Source: Alphaproteobacteria bacterium (GTDB taxonomy: Bacteria > Pseudomonadota > Alphaproteobacteria > JAAXGF01). Taken from it: a stretch of DNA of 64,000 bases. This document shows, piece after piece, positions 40,626 through 50,675 of this stretch (position 1 is its first letter; every line of letters begins with the position of its first letter). A model generated the notes under the pieces. It saw only the letters and a list, made by a program, of their open reading frames with translations. It was not told where the DNA came from and did not search any database. The DNA is taken from assembly GCA_963555825.3 (NCBI GenBank), contig CAUVXB020000002.1, positions 3,168,001-3,232,000 on the forward strand. Direction: 5' to 3'. The translations under genes and the position numbers were made by a program.

Positions 40626-42599
40626 ATGATTGTGCGACGTGTCATGCTCCAGGCCGCGTTCCTGGTCGGTTGCGCCATTCTCGGCGTGTTCGCCGTCCAG
40701 AATGCCGCGGATAATCTCGCGGCGCAGGGCGTGACGATGGGCTTCGGATTTTTCGGTAATGCGGTCGGATTCGACGTCGATTGGACAATCCTCGGATTTG
40801 GCCCTTCGGCGAGCTTCCTGCGCGCATTGGCGGTAGGCTTTACGAACACACTCGTCGTCGCGCTCCTCGGCGGCACGGTCGCGACCGTGCTGGGTGCGGC
40901 AATCGGATTTGGTCAGGCGAGCCGATGGCGGATCGTATCGACAGTCTCGAGCGCCTACACCGAATTCGTCACGAAGGTTCCAGTTTTGGTGCAAATACTG
41001 TTCTTCTATTTCGCTGTGTTTTCGAAATTCCCTAGAGCTAAAGAAAGTGTAAAATTCTTAGATTTTATTACGATAAACAATCGAGGCTTGTATTTTCCGC
41101 GTCCCGCGTTGAGCGTGCAAGAATTGTGGGTGCTGGCCGCGCTGCTCGGGTTCGCCGCCGCGTTGTTGGTGATGCTTGCCCTGCGCCGCGCGCGACGTCG
41201 TCGCCTCGCATCGTCGGTCCAGGCGTCCACGACCGGCGGCCGTTTTGTCGGATCGCTCTTGTTGGCCGGGGCTGTATTCATCATACTCGGCGTGCTGGTC
41301 TGGCTCGGCCTCGCAAATTGGGAATACCCGGTGCTGCGGGGCTTCAACGTCGTCGGCGGCTTCGACATACCGCCTACCATGGCCGCGCTGGTGGTCGGTC
41401 TCTCTACCTACAGCGCGGGCTTCATTGCCACGATAGTGCGGGACGGTAGACGCACAAGGGTCGGCGAAGACCATCCAATCGGCCTTGGACGTGAAGGCAA
41501 GCGCGATTCCGCAACCCCGGCGCTGACGGTGGAATACTTGCGTCTCCTCCGCAATTCATCCCTCGCCGCCGCTCTCGGATATGTCGAATTATTCACGATG
41601 AGTATGGCCATCATCGACAAGACGGGCCAGATGATCGAAATGCTGACCATCGCGGCTGCCATCTATCTGGTGATCGACTCGGTTGGGTCGGGATTTGCGC
41701 GCGCCATCGGCGCCTACCTCGGGGCCACCGAGGCGGTCCCGACGCTGCCGCACCAGGGCCGCGTCGGCGCGAAAACCTGGAAGCCGATGGTAGCTGCCCG
41801 GGTCGTGCTCTGGTCGGCCGTGGGGGCGTACGCCGTCTACGCGCTCGTCGTCCCCTTTATGCAGTGGTCGTTCGTTGAGGCCAATTTTTCGGGGACCGGC
41901 CCCGAAGACTGCTCAGGCGAGGGTGCATGTTGGGTTGTGGTGGCGGCGAACGCCGAACGATTCCTCAGCGGGCTCTGGCAGAATTTGTTCATGGCGTTGG
42001 TGTCGACAGCGGTGGCGGTTCCCGTCGGCATCGAGCTCGCGAGGGCGCGGCGCAGCGGCCTACCGACCTTCGTCTGGGCCGACCGAATTTTCCGCTGGTT
42101 GGTGCTCCGGTTACCACTCGTCTTGGTGATCTTTGCCGTCGTACAGCTTCTGCCGCTGTTGACCAGCGCCGATACATTTGGCCGCAAAACCATGAGCATC
42201 GTCGGCTTGACGCTGTTCGCCGCTGCCTTGATCGCGTATGCCTTCGACACGCGTCCCGCGCGCGACAGTGACGGCGTTTCTCCGGCTCAAGGCCCTGTCT
42301 CTCGCGGTTGGCGCGCGATCGACTGGCGTAATTCGGTTGCCGACGTGCTGGATGTCTTTGTCCGCGTCTTCAAGGCGACGACCCTGGTATCGATCATCGG
42401 CGGCCGCGATCTTTTGCTCGTCATGCTTGGCACGGTAACGAGACCGCAGTGGCGGGGCACGGAGGCGGAGGGGTTCTTCTTCGCCGTGTTGGTGTTCTGG
42501 ATCGTCTGTTTCGGCGTGGGCCGGGTAAGCAATGTTCTGCGCCATTCTGCGGCGGCGCCCCCTAGCGCCGGAACTTCACGTCCCCACCGACGATGGTGA
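40626..42599 (+). CDS. Fused, divergent amino-acid ABC permease (AapQ-like + AapM-like)
   Basis: RALAVGFTNTLVV, PVLVQILF, NNRGLYFP, P.LRGFNVVGG and EYLRLLRNSSLAAALGY.EL, then W.FVEANF.G....C...GACW and FKATTLVSIIG. Confidence 0.75.
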   Translation: MIVRRVMLQAAFLVGCAILGVFAVQNAADNLAAQGVTMGFGFFGNAVGFDVDWTILGFGPSASFLRALAVGFTNTLVVALLGGTVATVLGAAIGFGQASRWRIVSTVSSAYTEFVTKVPVLVQILFFYFAVFSKFPRAKESVKFLDFITINNRGLYFPRPALSVQELWVLAALLGFAAALLVMLALRRARRRRLASSVQASTTGGRFVGSLLLAGAVFIILGVLVWLGLANWEYPVLRGFNVVGGFDIPPTMAALVVGLSTYSAGFIATIVRDGRRTRVGEDHPIGLGREGKRDSATPALTVEYLRLLRNSSLAAALGYVELFTMSMAIIDKTGQMIEMLTIAAAIYLVIDSVGSGFARAIGAYLGATEAVPTLPHQGRVGAKTWKPMVAARVVLWSAVGAYAVYALVVPFMQWSFVEANFSGTGPEDCSGEGACWVVVAANAERFLSGLWQNLFMALVSTAVAVPVGIELARARRSGLPTFVWADRIFRWLVLRLPLVLVIFAVVQLLPLLTSADTFGRKTMSIVGLTLFAAALIAYAFDTRPARDSDGVSPAQGPVSRGWRAIDWRNSVADVLDVFVRVFKATTLVSIIGGRDLLLVMLGTVTRPQWRGTEAEGFFFAVLVFWIVCFGVGRVSNVLRHSAAAPPSAGTSRPHRRW

Positions 42600-44193
42600 G
42601 GTCGGTCTGGGTCTCGCGCAGCTCGTCGGCCGGGATGGTGAAGACGTCGCGGTCGAGTACGGCGATGTCGGCGAGCTTGCCGGCTTCCAGCGAGCCTTTG
42701 AGGTCCTCCTCGCCCCCGACATAGGCGCCGAGCGTGGTGTAGGCGTGCAGCGCCTCGCTGACCGTGATCGCCTGCGAGGGCCCGATCGGGCGCCCCGTGT
42801 CGGTCTTGCGATTGACCATCGACCAGATGGCGCGCCACGGGTTGTGGCTGCACACCGGCGCGTCGGAATGGCCCGGCGACGCCACGCCCTCGTCGATCAG
42901 CGTGCGGTGCGGCCACATGTGCTCCATCGCCGCGGCGCCGCGGTTGTCGATGTAGGCGTCGCCCAGGTCGTGCATGAAGCCGGTCGCCGAGGAATCGATG
43001 ACGCCGAGCTTCTTGAGGCGGGCGCGGATCTCGGGCGTGACGTAGCAGCAGTGCTCGACGCGCATGCGGTGGTCGGCGACCGGGTGCGCGGCGAGCGCCG
43101 CCTCGTAGGCGTCGAGCACGACGTCGATGCCGTGGTCGCCGACGCCGTCCATGCAAACCCGCAAACCGGCCGTGTGCGCCTTGATGGCGAGCGCCTTGAG
43201 CTCGTCGGGGTCGTGCAGCAGCATGCCGTGGTTGGGCACAGGCTCGCCTGGGATCGGCGTGCCGACATAGGGATCGTAGTAGTACGCCGTGCGCCCCGAG
43301 GTCGAGCAGTCAGGGCACCACTCGACGCCGACGACGCGCAGCCACTCGTCGCCGAAGCCGGTGCGGATACCGGCGGCGATGAACGAATCGATCAGGCCGG
43401 GCTCGAATCCGTTGGCTATGATGCCAACGCGGAGATGAAGCTTCCCCGTTTCCCTCATGATCTGATAGGCGCGGATCGACTTCGACGCGGTCAGCGAGTT
43501 GTGCAGCGAGGTGACGCCGTAGGCCAAGTAGGTCTCGAACAGCGGCGGCAAGCCCAGTACGTAGTCCTCGACCGTGTTCTCGGCGCCGATCAGGCCGCGG
43601 AAGCGGTGCGCCGCGGTCTCGCGCATCAGCCCGGTCAGCTCACCGGTGTCGGGGTGCTTGTCGATGCGGCCGAACGGCGGGTCGGGCGTGTCCTTGTCAT
43701 AGCCGACCAGCGCGCAGGCGCGGCTGTTGGCGTAGCCGACGTGGCCGTCGGTGCGCTGGATATAGGTCGGGCGCCCATTGCTCGCCGCATCGAGCGCCGC
43801 GATCGTCGGCACGCCGCCGAGCTTGTTGTCGTCGTAGCGGTAACCGACGAACCACGCGTCCGGGTCGCTCTCGGACGTGTGCGCATCGATCGTCGCCAGC
43901 ACGTCGTCGAGCGATTGCATGCCGGGCCAGCCGAGATCGTGCTGCTTCAACAGCATGATCGCGTGGCTGTCCGGGTGGCAGTGTGAATCGATGATGCCGG
44001 GGATCGCGGTGCGCCCGGCGAGGTCGATGACCTCGGTGTCGGCGCCGGCGAGCGCCGCGATCTCGGCGCTGGTGCCGAGCGCCAGCACGCGGCTGTCGCG
44101 CACCGCGATCGCCTCGGCGAAACGCGCTTGCGCGTTCATCGTCGCCACCTTGCCGTTGACCAGGATGAGGTCGGCGGTAATGCGTTCAGTCAT
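42562..44193 (-). CDS. YtcJ-like metal-dependent amidohydrolase
   Basis: IDLAGRTAIPGIIDSHCH, RVEHC, HSDAPV and KGSLEAGKLADIAVLDRD. Confidence 0.9.
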   Translation of the reverse strand: MTERITADLILVNGKVATMNAQARFAEAIAVRDSRVLALGTSAEIAALAGADTEVIDLAGRTAIPGIIDSHCHPDSHAIMLLKQHDLGWPGMQSLDDVLATIDAHTSESDPDAWFVGYRYDDNKLGGVPTIAALDAASNGRPTYIQRTDGHVGYANSRACALVGYDKDTPDPPFGRIDKHPDTGELTGLMRETAAHRFRGLIGAENTVEDYVLGLPPLFETYLAYGVTSLHNSLTASKSIRAYQIMRETGKLHLRVGIIANGFEPGLIDSFIAAGIRTGFGDEWLRVVGVEWCPDCSTSGRTAYYYDPYVGTPIPGEPVPNHGMLLHDPDELKALAIKAHTAGLRVCMDGVGDHGIDVVLDAYEAALAAHPVADHRMRVEHCCYVTPEIRARLKKLGVIDSSATGFMHDLGDAYIDNRGAAAMEHMWPHRTLIDEGVASPGHSDAPVCSHNPWRAIWSMVNRKTDTGRPIGPSQAITVSEALHAYTTLGAYVGGEEDLKGSLEAGKLADIAVLDRDVFTIPADELRETQTDLTIVGGDVKFRR

Positions 44194-44205
44194 GATGCTG
44201 CCTTA

Positions 44206-44236
44206 TACCAGGGGTCTTTATCACTGATCCTTGGTA
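44206..44236 (-). repeat. Collapsed 31-bp MITE-A remnant
   Basis: TACCAAGGATCAGTGATAAAGACCC fused to CTGGTA. It starts directly after the TAA of the upstream gene. Confidence 0.8.
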
Positions 44237-44842
44237 TTAAGTATGCGACCAGTCGTCGGGATTGTCGGCGTCGCTCGGCGACAAGCCGAGCACGTCGCCC
44301 TCGGTCGTCGAGCCGAGGCCGAGGATGGTGCGGTTGGCGTAGGCGAAATAGGCCGTGACCTGATTGATCTCGAGGATTTCGCCATCGTCGAAACCGGCGC
44401 CGCGCATGTCGTCGATCATCGCTTCGGTGACGGAAGTCGGCCGGCGCGTCAGCGCCTCGGCGTAGCGCAGCGCGCTCGCCTCGCGCGCGTCGAAGACGTC
44501 GCCGAGATCGTCGCCGTCGAGCGCGGCGCGTATGGCGGTGGCGCGCGCGTCGTCGCCGAGGATCCGGCGCATGCCCTCGAAATGATGCTCGACGCAATAA
44601 TCGCAGCCGTTGAGCCGGCTGACGTAGGTGCCGATCGCCTCGAGGAACCACTTGGGCACGGTGTTAGCGGAATGGTGGAGGACGTATTTGTACAGCGTCA
44701 TATGGCCTTCCATGGTGTGCGGCCTGAGGCTGTGCGACATCATGATGTTGTCGACGTTGTCGTCGGGGCCCTTGACGCGATCGTAGAGCTGCTTGAGCCG
44801 GCCGCTGGCCTCCTCGTAGGGGACGGTTTTTATCCAGCTCAT
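44237..44842 (-). CDS. AhpD/carboxymuconolactone decarboxylase-like peroxidase-related enzyme
   Basis: EAIGTYVSRLNGCDYCVEHH (CxxC) and AYFAYANR...GLG. Confidence 0.9.
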   Translation of the reverse strand: MSWIKTVPYEEASGRLKQLYDRVKGPDDNVDNIMMSHSLRPHTMEGHMTLYKYVLHHSANTVPKWFLEAIGTYVSRLNGCDYCVEHHFEGMRRILGDDARATAIRAALDGDDLGDVFDAREASALRYAEALTRRPTSVTEAMIDDMRGAGFDDGEILEINQVTAYFAYANRTILGLGSTTEGDVLGLSPSDADNPDDWSHT

Positions 44843-44846
44843 GTCG

Positions 44847-46949
44847 TCATCCTTCCGTCGGGTTCGGCCGTGCGACGACCAGGGCATCGACCGCCATGCA
44901 GCCGCTCGCGCCGGCGATCAGCGGGTTGACGTCGACCTCGGCGAGCCGGTCGCCGAGCGTGGCGGCGAGCACCGAGAATCGCGCGACCGTCTCGGCCACG
45001 GCATCGACATCGGCCGGCGGCGCGCCGCGCACGCCATCGAGCAAGCGGCGTACGCGCAGGCCCTCGATCAGGCGGCGCGCCTCGTCGGCGTCGAACGGCG
45101 GCAGGGCGAAGCGGGCGTCATCCATCAGCTCGACCAACACACCGCCGGCGCCGACCATGACCAGCGGGCCGAACTGCGGATCGTGCGTGACGCCGAGCGC
45201 CAGCTCGACACCGCCGGTGGCCATCGGCGCGATCAGCACGCGGGGGCCAAGCCGCGCCGCGAGATCGTCGTAGGCGGCGCCGAGCGCCTCGGCGTCGTCG
45301 AGTCCCAGCTTGACGCCGCCGACATCGGACTTGTGCAGGACGCCTTGCATCGCTGATTTCTCAACGACCGGATAGCCGAATGCCTGCGCTGCGCCGAGCG
45401 CGCCGTCGCGGCTCTCGACGATCCGGTTGGCGAGCGCCGGCACGCCGAAATCGGCGAGCATCGCCAGTCCCTCGGCCTCGTCGAGCGGCGCGCTATCGTC
45501 GAGTCGGTCGCGCCATCGCATAATGACCGCCGGGTCGGGCGGCGCGGGCGGCTTAGCCGCGGGCCGCGCCTGCCGGTCGCGGCGGTCGAAGGCGTGACGC
45601 ACGGCGCCCAGCGCCGCGCCGGTGCCGTCGAGCACCGGGATGCCGTTCCGGACCATTTTGGCGGCCATTTGGTCGTGCGGCACCCAGGTGTTGTTGCTGA
45701 CCACCGCCACCGGCTTGGGCGATGCCGCGGCGGCCGACTGGATGGCGCGCGAATAGACGTCGTGCAGCCAGCTGCCGTTGCGCAAATCGGTGAAGAACAG
45801 GCCGATCGCCGTGTCGGGGTCGTCGACCAGCGCGCCGAAGCACTCGGCGAAGGTCGCCTCGAAATCGTCGAGCGTGCTCCAGGCGTCGCAAGGATTGACC
45901 GGCTCGAGGCCGTATTCGAGCCGCGCGGCGAGCCGACCGCGGGTCGTCTCGTTGATCGCGGCGAAGGGCACGCCGATGTCGTCGGCGAGATCGACGAGAT
46001 GCTCGCGCGTGCCGCCCGAATCGAGGATCGCCGCCAGCCCGCCGGGCCCGGGCCGCTTGGGCTGGGCGAACAGCGCGGCGGTCGCGAACAGCTCTTCCAT
46101 CGATTGGACGCGGTGCGCGCCATGGCGTTCGCAGACCGCCTGGAAGGCGGCGTCGCTGCCGGCGATGGCGCCCGAATGGGTCACCGCCATCGCCGCGCTC
46201 GCCTCGGTGCGCGCGACCTTGAGCACGACGACAGGAATGTTGCGCGAGGCGGCCTTGTCGAGCGCGGCGACGAAGCCCGCCGGATCGCGCACCGTCTCGA
46301 GGAACAGCATGACGACGCGAGTGCTCGGCAGCTCGAGCGCATAGTCGATATAGTCGGCCGCCGAGGTGGCGAATTCCTGACCGGCCGAGACCGCCAGGTT
46401 GAGGCCGAGCTGTTCGGTGCAGTTGAGGGTCGAGCCGAACACCGTGCCCGAATGCGAAATGAAGGCGACCGCGCCGGGCGTGCCGTCGTCGGGTCCGATG
46501 GCATAGCCCGAGACGCGGACCTTGCTCTCGAAGTTCAGGAAGCCCATGCAGTTGCCGCCGCAGATCTGGATGCCGGCCTCGCGCGCGCGGCGCCTGAGAC
46601 GATCCAACAGCGGTGGATGGCCATCATCCGCCATGTAGCAGTTGGCCAAGATGGTCGCCGCGCGGGCGCCGTGCTCGATGGCCAGCGCGAGCTGCGCCTC
46701 GATGCGCGGGCTTCCGACGCCGAGCACGGCGTGATCGATCGGCCCGGGAAGATCGGCGAGCGAGGGCAGGCAGGCGAGGCCCTCGATCTCGTCGTATTTC
46801 GGGTTGATCGGGTAGATATCGCCGTCGAAACCGCCGCGGCGCAGCTGGACGATCAACTGGTTGCCGACGCTGGTCGACGTCGGCGAGGCGCCGACGACGG
46901 CGATCGAGCGCGGCGCCAGCAAGGGCGCGAGGCGATGATTATTGACCAC
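44847..46949 (-). CDS. Acetate--CoA ligase family (ADP-forming acyl-CoA synthetase, fused alpha-beta)
   Basis: PRSIAVVGAS, GGNCMG, THSGAIAG (phospho-His), HKSDVGGV, DPQFGPLV and EVDVNPL. Confidence 0.9.
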   Translation of the reverse strand: MVNNHRLAPLLAPRSIAVVGASPTSTSVGNQLIVQLRRGGFDGDIYPINPKYDEIEGLACLPSLADLPGPIDHAVLGVGSPRIEAQLALAIEHGARAATILANCYMADDGHPPLLDRLRRRAREAGIQICGGNCMGFLNFESKVRVSGYAIGPDDGTPGAVAFISHSGTVFGSTLNCTEQLGLNLAVSAGQEFATSAADYIDYALELPSTRVVMLFLETVRDPAGFVAALDKAASRNIPVVVLKVARTEASAAMAVTHSGAIAGSDAAFQAVCERHGAHRVQSMEELFATAALFAQPKRPGPGGLAAILDSGGTREHLVDLADDIGVPFAAINETTRGRLAARLEYGLEPVNPCDAWSTLDDFEATFAECFGALVDDPDTAIGLFFTDLRNGSWLHDVYSRAIQSAAAASPKPVAVVSNNTWVPHDQMAAKMVRNGIPVLDGTGAALGAVRHAFDRRDRQARPAAKPPAPPDPAVIMRWRDRLDDSAPLDEAEGLAMLADFGVPALANRIVESRDGALGAAQAFGYPVVEKSAMQGVLHKSDVGGVKLGLDDAEALGAAYDDLAARLGPRVLIAPMATGGVELALGVTHDPQFGPLVMVGAGGVLVELMDDARFALPPFDADEARRLIEGLRVRRLLDGVRGAPPADVDAVAETVARFSVLAATLGDRLAEVDVNPLIAGASGCMAVDALVVARPNPTEG

Positions 46950-47139
46950 GGCGGACCGGTCTCCCCGACGGATGGCTGCCGCGAACGGCGGCGGATGATA
47001 CACGATGCCGCGACCGGCGGGCCAGCCGATCTTCGCCGGGTCAGCCATGCGCCTGCCGCAGGTCGGCCATCGCTTGCCGGAAACCGGGCTGGGCGGTAGG
47101 TTGGGGCCGACACCGGCCAACCAGATTCAGGGGACCACC

Positions 47140-48540
47140 GTGGAACGCAACTTTCCGTACGATACAGAAGACCTGTGGAACAAGGACCGCGAGCATGTCG
47201 TGCATCCGTGGCAGGCGCTCAAGGACCAGCACGAGGAAGGTTCGCTGATCCTCGCCGAATCGGACAACATCTACATCTATGATTCCGACGGCGAGAAGTT
47301 CATCGACGGCCCCGGCGGAATGTGGTGCGTCAACATCGGCTATGGCCGCGACGAGATGGCCGACGCGGTCGCCGACCAGATCCGCCGCATGCCGTACTAC
47401 TCGCCGTTCGGCGCGCTCGGCACGCCGCCCGCCGCCGAGCTCGGCGCCAAGATCGCCGAACTCGCGCCCGGCGACCTCGACAAGGTGTTCTTCACGACCG
47501 GTGGCTCGACGGCGGTCGACTCGGCGATCCGCTTCGTCCAGTTCTACTTCAACATGAAGGGCAAGCCCGAAAAGAAACACATCATAAGCCGCGAGGACGC
47601 CTACCACGGCTCGACCTATCTCGCGGCGTCGCTATGCGGCAAGCCGGCCGACAAGGGCCGCTTCGACTTCATCACCGACACCATCCACCATCTGCCGTCG
47701 CCCAACCCTTACCGCCGGGCCGACGGCCAGAGCATCGAGGACTTCTGCGAAGAGAAGGTCGCCGATCTGGAGAACAAGATCGTCGAGCTCGGGCCCGACA
47801 AGGTCGGCTGCTTCATCGCCGAGCCGATCCTCGCCTCGGGCGGCGTCGTCGTGCCGCCGCCGGGCTACCATGCGCGCACGCTCGAGGTCTGCCGCAAATA
47901 CGACGTGATCTATATTTCCGACGAGGTCGTCACCGGCTTCGGCCGCCTGGGTCACTTCTTCGCCTCGGAGGACGTCTTCGACATCGTCCCCGACATCATC
48001 ACCTGCGCCAAGGGTTTGACGTCGGGCTATCTGCCGCTCGGTGCGACGATCATCTCGCGGCGGCTCTACGACGACGTCGCCGGCGAGAATTCCGAGGGCG
48101 AGTACTTCTCGAACGGCTTCACCTATTCGGCCCATCCGGTGTCTTGCGCCGCGGCGCTCAAGAACATCGAGATCATCGAGCGCGAGGAGATCTGCGCTCA
48201 CGTCCGCGAGGTCGGGCCTTACATGCAGCAGCGCCTCGAGGAACTCTACGAACTGCCGCTGGTCGGCAATGTGCGCGGCAGCCACCTGATGGGCTGCATC
48301 GAATGCGTCGCCGACAAGGAGACCAAGGCCAAGTTCGGCGAAGGCGTCGACGTCGGCAAGCGGGTCGACCAGCACTGCCAGGCGCGTGGCCTGATCCTGC
48401 GGCCGCTGGGCGGCCTGTGCGTCTTCTCGCCGCCGCTGACGATCAACCGCGAGCAGATCGACCGCATGGTCGACATCATGGCCGAGAGCGTCGAAGCGAC
48501 GATGGCCGACCTGAGGTCCGAGGGCGTGTGGAACGGCTGA
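47140..48540 (+). CDS. Class III aminotransferase (omega-amino acid/polyamine type)
   Basis: GMWCVNIGYGR, AYHGST, FIAEPI, SDEVVTGFGRLG and AKGLTSGYLPLG. Confidence 0.92.
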   Translation: MERNFPYDTEDLWNKDREHVVHPWQALKDQHEEGSLILAESDNIYIYDSDGEKFIDGPGGMWCVNIGYGRDEMADAVADQIRRMPYYSPFGALGTPPAAELGAKIAELAPGDLDKVFFTTGGSTAVDSAIRFVQFYFNMKGKPEKKHIISREDAYHGSTYLAASLCGKPADKGRFDFITDTIHHLPSPNPYRRADGQSIEDFCEEKVADLENKIVELGPDKVGCFIAEPILASGGVVVPPPGYHARTLEVCRKYDVIYISDEVVTGFGRLGHFFASEDVFDIVPDIITCAKGLTSGYLPLGATIISRRLYDDVAGENSEGEYFSNGFTYSAHPVSCAAALKNIEIIEREEICAHVREVGPYMQQRLEELYELPLVGNVRGSHLMGCIECVADKETKAKFGEGVDVGKRVDQHCQARGLILRPLGGLCVFSPPLTINREQIDRMVDIMAESVEATMADLRSEGVWNG

Positions 48541-48586
48541 GGCGCGGCCGGCTTTTCCAACAACGGCCACATTATTGGGCGACCGC

Positions 48587-49468
48587 ATGGACAAGCGAGC
48601 GCTCGGCGACCTCACGCTCGGCCGTATCGTCGAGAGCGATCGGCCCGAGTTCCCGCTCGAGGAACTGGTTCCGCAAGCGACGGCGGCGGCGATCGCGCCA
48701 CATCGCCACTGGCTCGAGGCGACGGGCGCGATCGACCCGGCGTCGGGCTATGCCATCCTGCCGGTGCAGAGCTACATCATCCGCACGCGTCACCACACCA
48801 TCTTGATCGACAGCTGCATCGGCGACCACAAGACCAACGAGTGGCATAAACCGTGGCACATGCGCACGGGCGGCAGCTATCTTGCCGACCTCGCGGCCGC
48901 CGGCGTCGCGCCCGAGGCGGTCGACTTCGTCATGTGCACGCATATGCATTCCGACCACATCGGCTGGAACACCCGGCTCGTCGACGGCCGTTGGGCGCCG
49001 AGCTTCGCCAACGCCAAATACGTCTTCGCGCGTACCGAGATCGACCACTGGAGGGCCGAACATGAGGCATGGGCGCGGGCGAGCTATGTCGAAAGCGTGC
49101 TGCCGGTGATCGCGGCGGGGCAGGCGGTCATGGTCGAGACCGATTACGCGATCGACGACCAGGTTTGGCTCGAACCGCTGCCGGGCCACACGCCGGGCCA
49201 CGTTGGCATCCACCTGGCGTCGAATGGCGCCGAGGCGGTGATGTGCGGCGACGCGATGCACAGCCCTGTCCAGTGCGCGCACCCGGAATGGAGCTCGTCG
49301 GCCTGCGTCGACCCGGTCGCGACGGCGGCGACCCGGCGCGCCTTCCTCGAGCGTTATTGCGAGACCAATGTGCTGGTGCTGACGGCGCATTTCCCGTCGC
49401 CCTCGATCGGCTTCATCGTGCCCGAGGCGGATGCCTTCCGCTTCGCCTATCAGGCGTGGGACGATTAG
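48587..49468 (+). CDS. Metallo-beta-lactamase fold hydrolase
   Basis: THMHSDHIGWN, PGHTPGH, GDAMHSP and AHF. Confidence 0.92.
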   Translation: MDKRALGDLTLGRIVESDRPEFPLEELVPQATAAAIAPHRHWLEATGAIDPASGYAILPVQSYIIRTRHHTILIDSCIGDHKTNEWHKPWHMRTGGSYLADLAAAGVAPEAVDFVMCTHMHSDHIGWNTRLVDGRWAPSFANAKYVFARTEIDHWRAEHEAWARASYVESVLPVIAAGQAVMVETDYAIDDQVWLEPLPGHTPGHVGIHLASNGAEAVMCGDAMHSPVQCAHPEWSSSACVDPVATAATRRAFLERYCETNVLVLTAHFPSPSIGFIVPEADAFRFAYQAWDD

Positions 49469-49551
49469 CGCGGACGTCCTGCGACATGGGTCGGGTGGAG
49501 CCGGGATGGGGCGCAACGGTTGGGGCGCAGTGATGGCGGTTTCGCAATTCA

Positions 49552-49579
49552 TTGACATTTCCACGGTATGAATTACTTT
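49552..49579 (+). promoter_or_regulatory. Candidate sigma70 promoter of cold-shock gene
   Basis: TTGACA-16 bp-TACTTT about 150 bp upstream of the csp start, consistent with a long 5' UTR. Confidence 0.4.
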
Positions 49580-49730
49580 TCCGGCATACGTGTTGCATTC
49601 GTTATGGTGCTACCTGAATGACCGGTACGCCGAATCGCTTAGTTACCCCCTGACAATGTGGACGTTAAACGAAGCGCGCCGTCACGTGGTGTGAGGCGCG
49701 AACTTAATATCCCTGTTAGAGGAAACGACT

Positions 49731-49940
49731 ATGCCTACAGGCACTGTGAAATGGTTCAACCCCGCCAAGGGTTATGGCTTCATCGAGCCGGAAGATGGCT
49801 CGAAGGACGCTTTTGTGCACATTTCGGCCGTCGAGCGCGCCGGTCTGACTTCGCTTAACGAAGGGCAGAAGGTCTCCTACGAGCTTCAGCCCGGACAGAA
49901 CGGCAAATCTTCCGCCGAGAACCTGTCCATCGTCGACTAA
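49731..49940 (+). CDS. cspA: Cold-shock protein
   Basis: [15 protein letters not shown] and DAFVHISAV. Confidence 0.96.
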   Translation: MPTGTVKWFNPAKGYGFIEPEDGSKDAFVHISAVERAGLTSLNEGQKVSYELQPGQNGKSSAENLSIVD

Positions 49941-50215
49941 CGACACTAGGCGCCGCCTCCGACTCCGGTTGGGGGCGGCTGCCGAGCACCGTCGGCGACA
50001 CGAATTGCAACGATCGCCCGGCGGACCGAAGGAATTGGGTCGTCCGACCCGTAGTTATTCCTTCGACGATACTATATTCGAAGATTGATTGAATACGGCG
50101 CGACGCGACCGGCCGTATCCGATTTCGCGCACCAGCCCGCGGGGGGCCCCTACTGCGCTGCGGGATGAACGTAGCCGCCCGTGACGGCGTCGAACCGAAG
50201 CAGAGGATTGTCTCA

Positions 50216-50461
50216 ATGCGGAGATCAGCAAAATCGAGGGCCGAAGAGCAATTCGCGGCAACCCAGAAGAAGGCAAAGCAGGCCCTGAAGGAAAAAGAAA
50301 AAGCGCGGCAAGAGGTCGCCGAACACGTGGCGATGCTGCGGGGCCTGCGACTGGCCAAAGAAGCGGCCGACAAGGAAGCCGCCGAGGCAGCCGCCACCGC
50401 GAAATCGGTTGCCAAGACCAAGAAGCCGGCGAAACGAATGCCCCAGGTTCACCGCTACTAA
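50216..50461 (+). CDS. Small Lys/Ala-rich helical hypothetical protein
   Basis: SD GAGGA. The RAEEQF...LRGLRLAKEAA pattern resembles small alphaproteobacterial proteins found near csp genes (from memory). Confidence 0.65.
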   Translation: MRRSAKSRAEEQFAATQKKAKQALKEKEKARQEVAEHVAMLRGLRLAKEAADKEAAEAAATAKSVAKTKKPAKRMPQVHRY

Positions 50462-50500
50462 TCGTGGCGGCCACGAGGGCCACGGCGAAACCCGACATCG

Positions 50501-50540
50501 ACGAACCGAAATCCGCGTCAACGAACCGAAATCCGCGTCC
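50501..50540. repeat. Two tandem copies of a 20-bp unit ACGAACCGAAATCCGCGTC(A/C)
   Basis: Directly visible, 19/20 identical. Confidence 0.85.
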
Positions 50541-50675
50541 GCCTCACAGCCGTGCGAAACCTGACAAGCCGATCGGTATCCGCCACGGACCGTTAGGCGA
50601 CGTCGAGCGAACGCGTCTCCGATATCGACGTCGGAGCGGTCGACAGACGTGGCACCAGGTAATTCCGAAGTTCAG

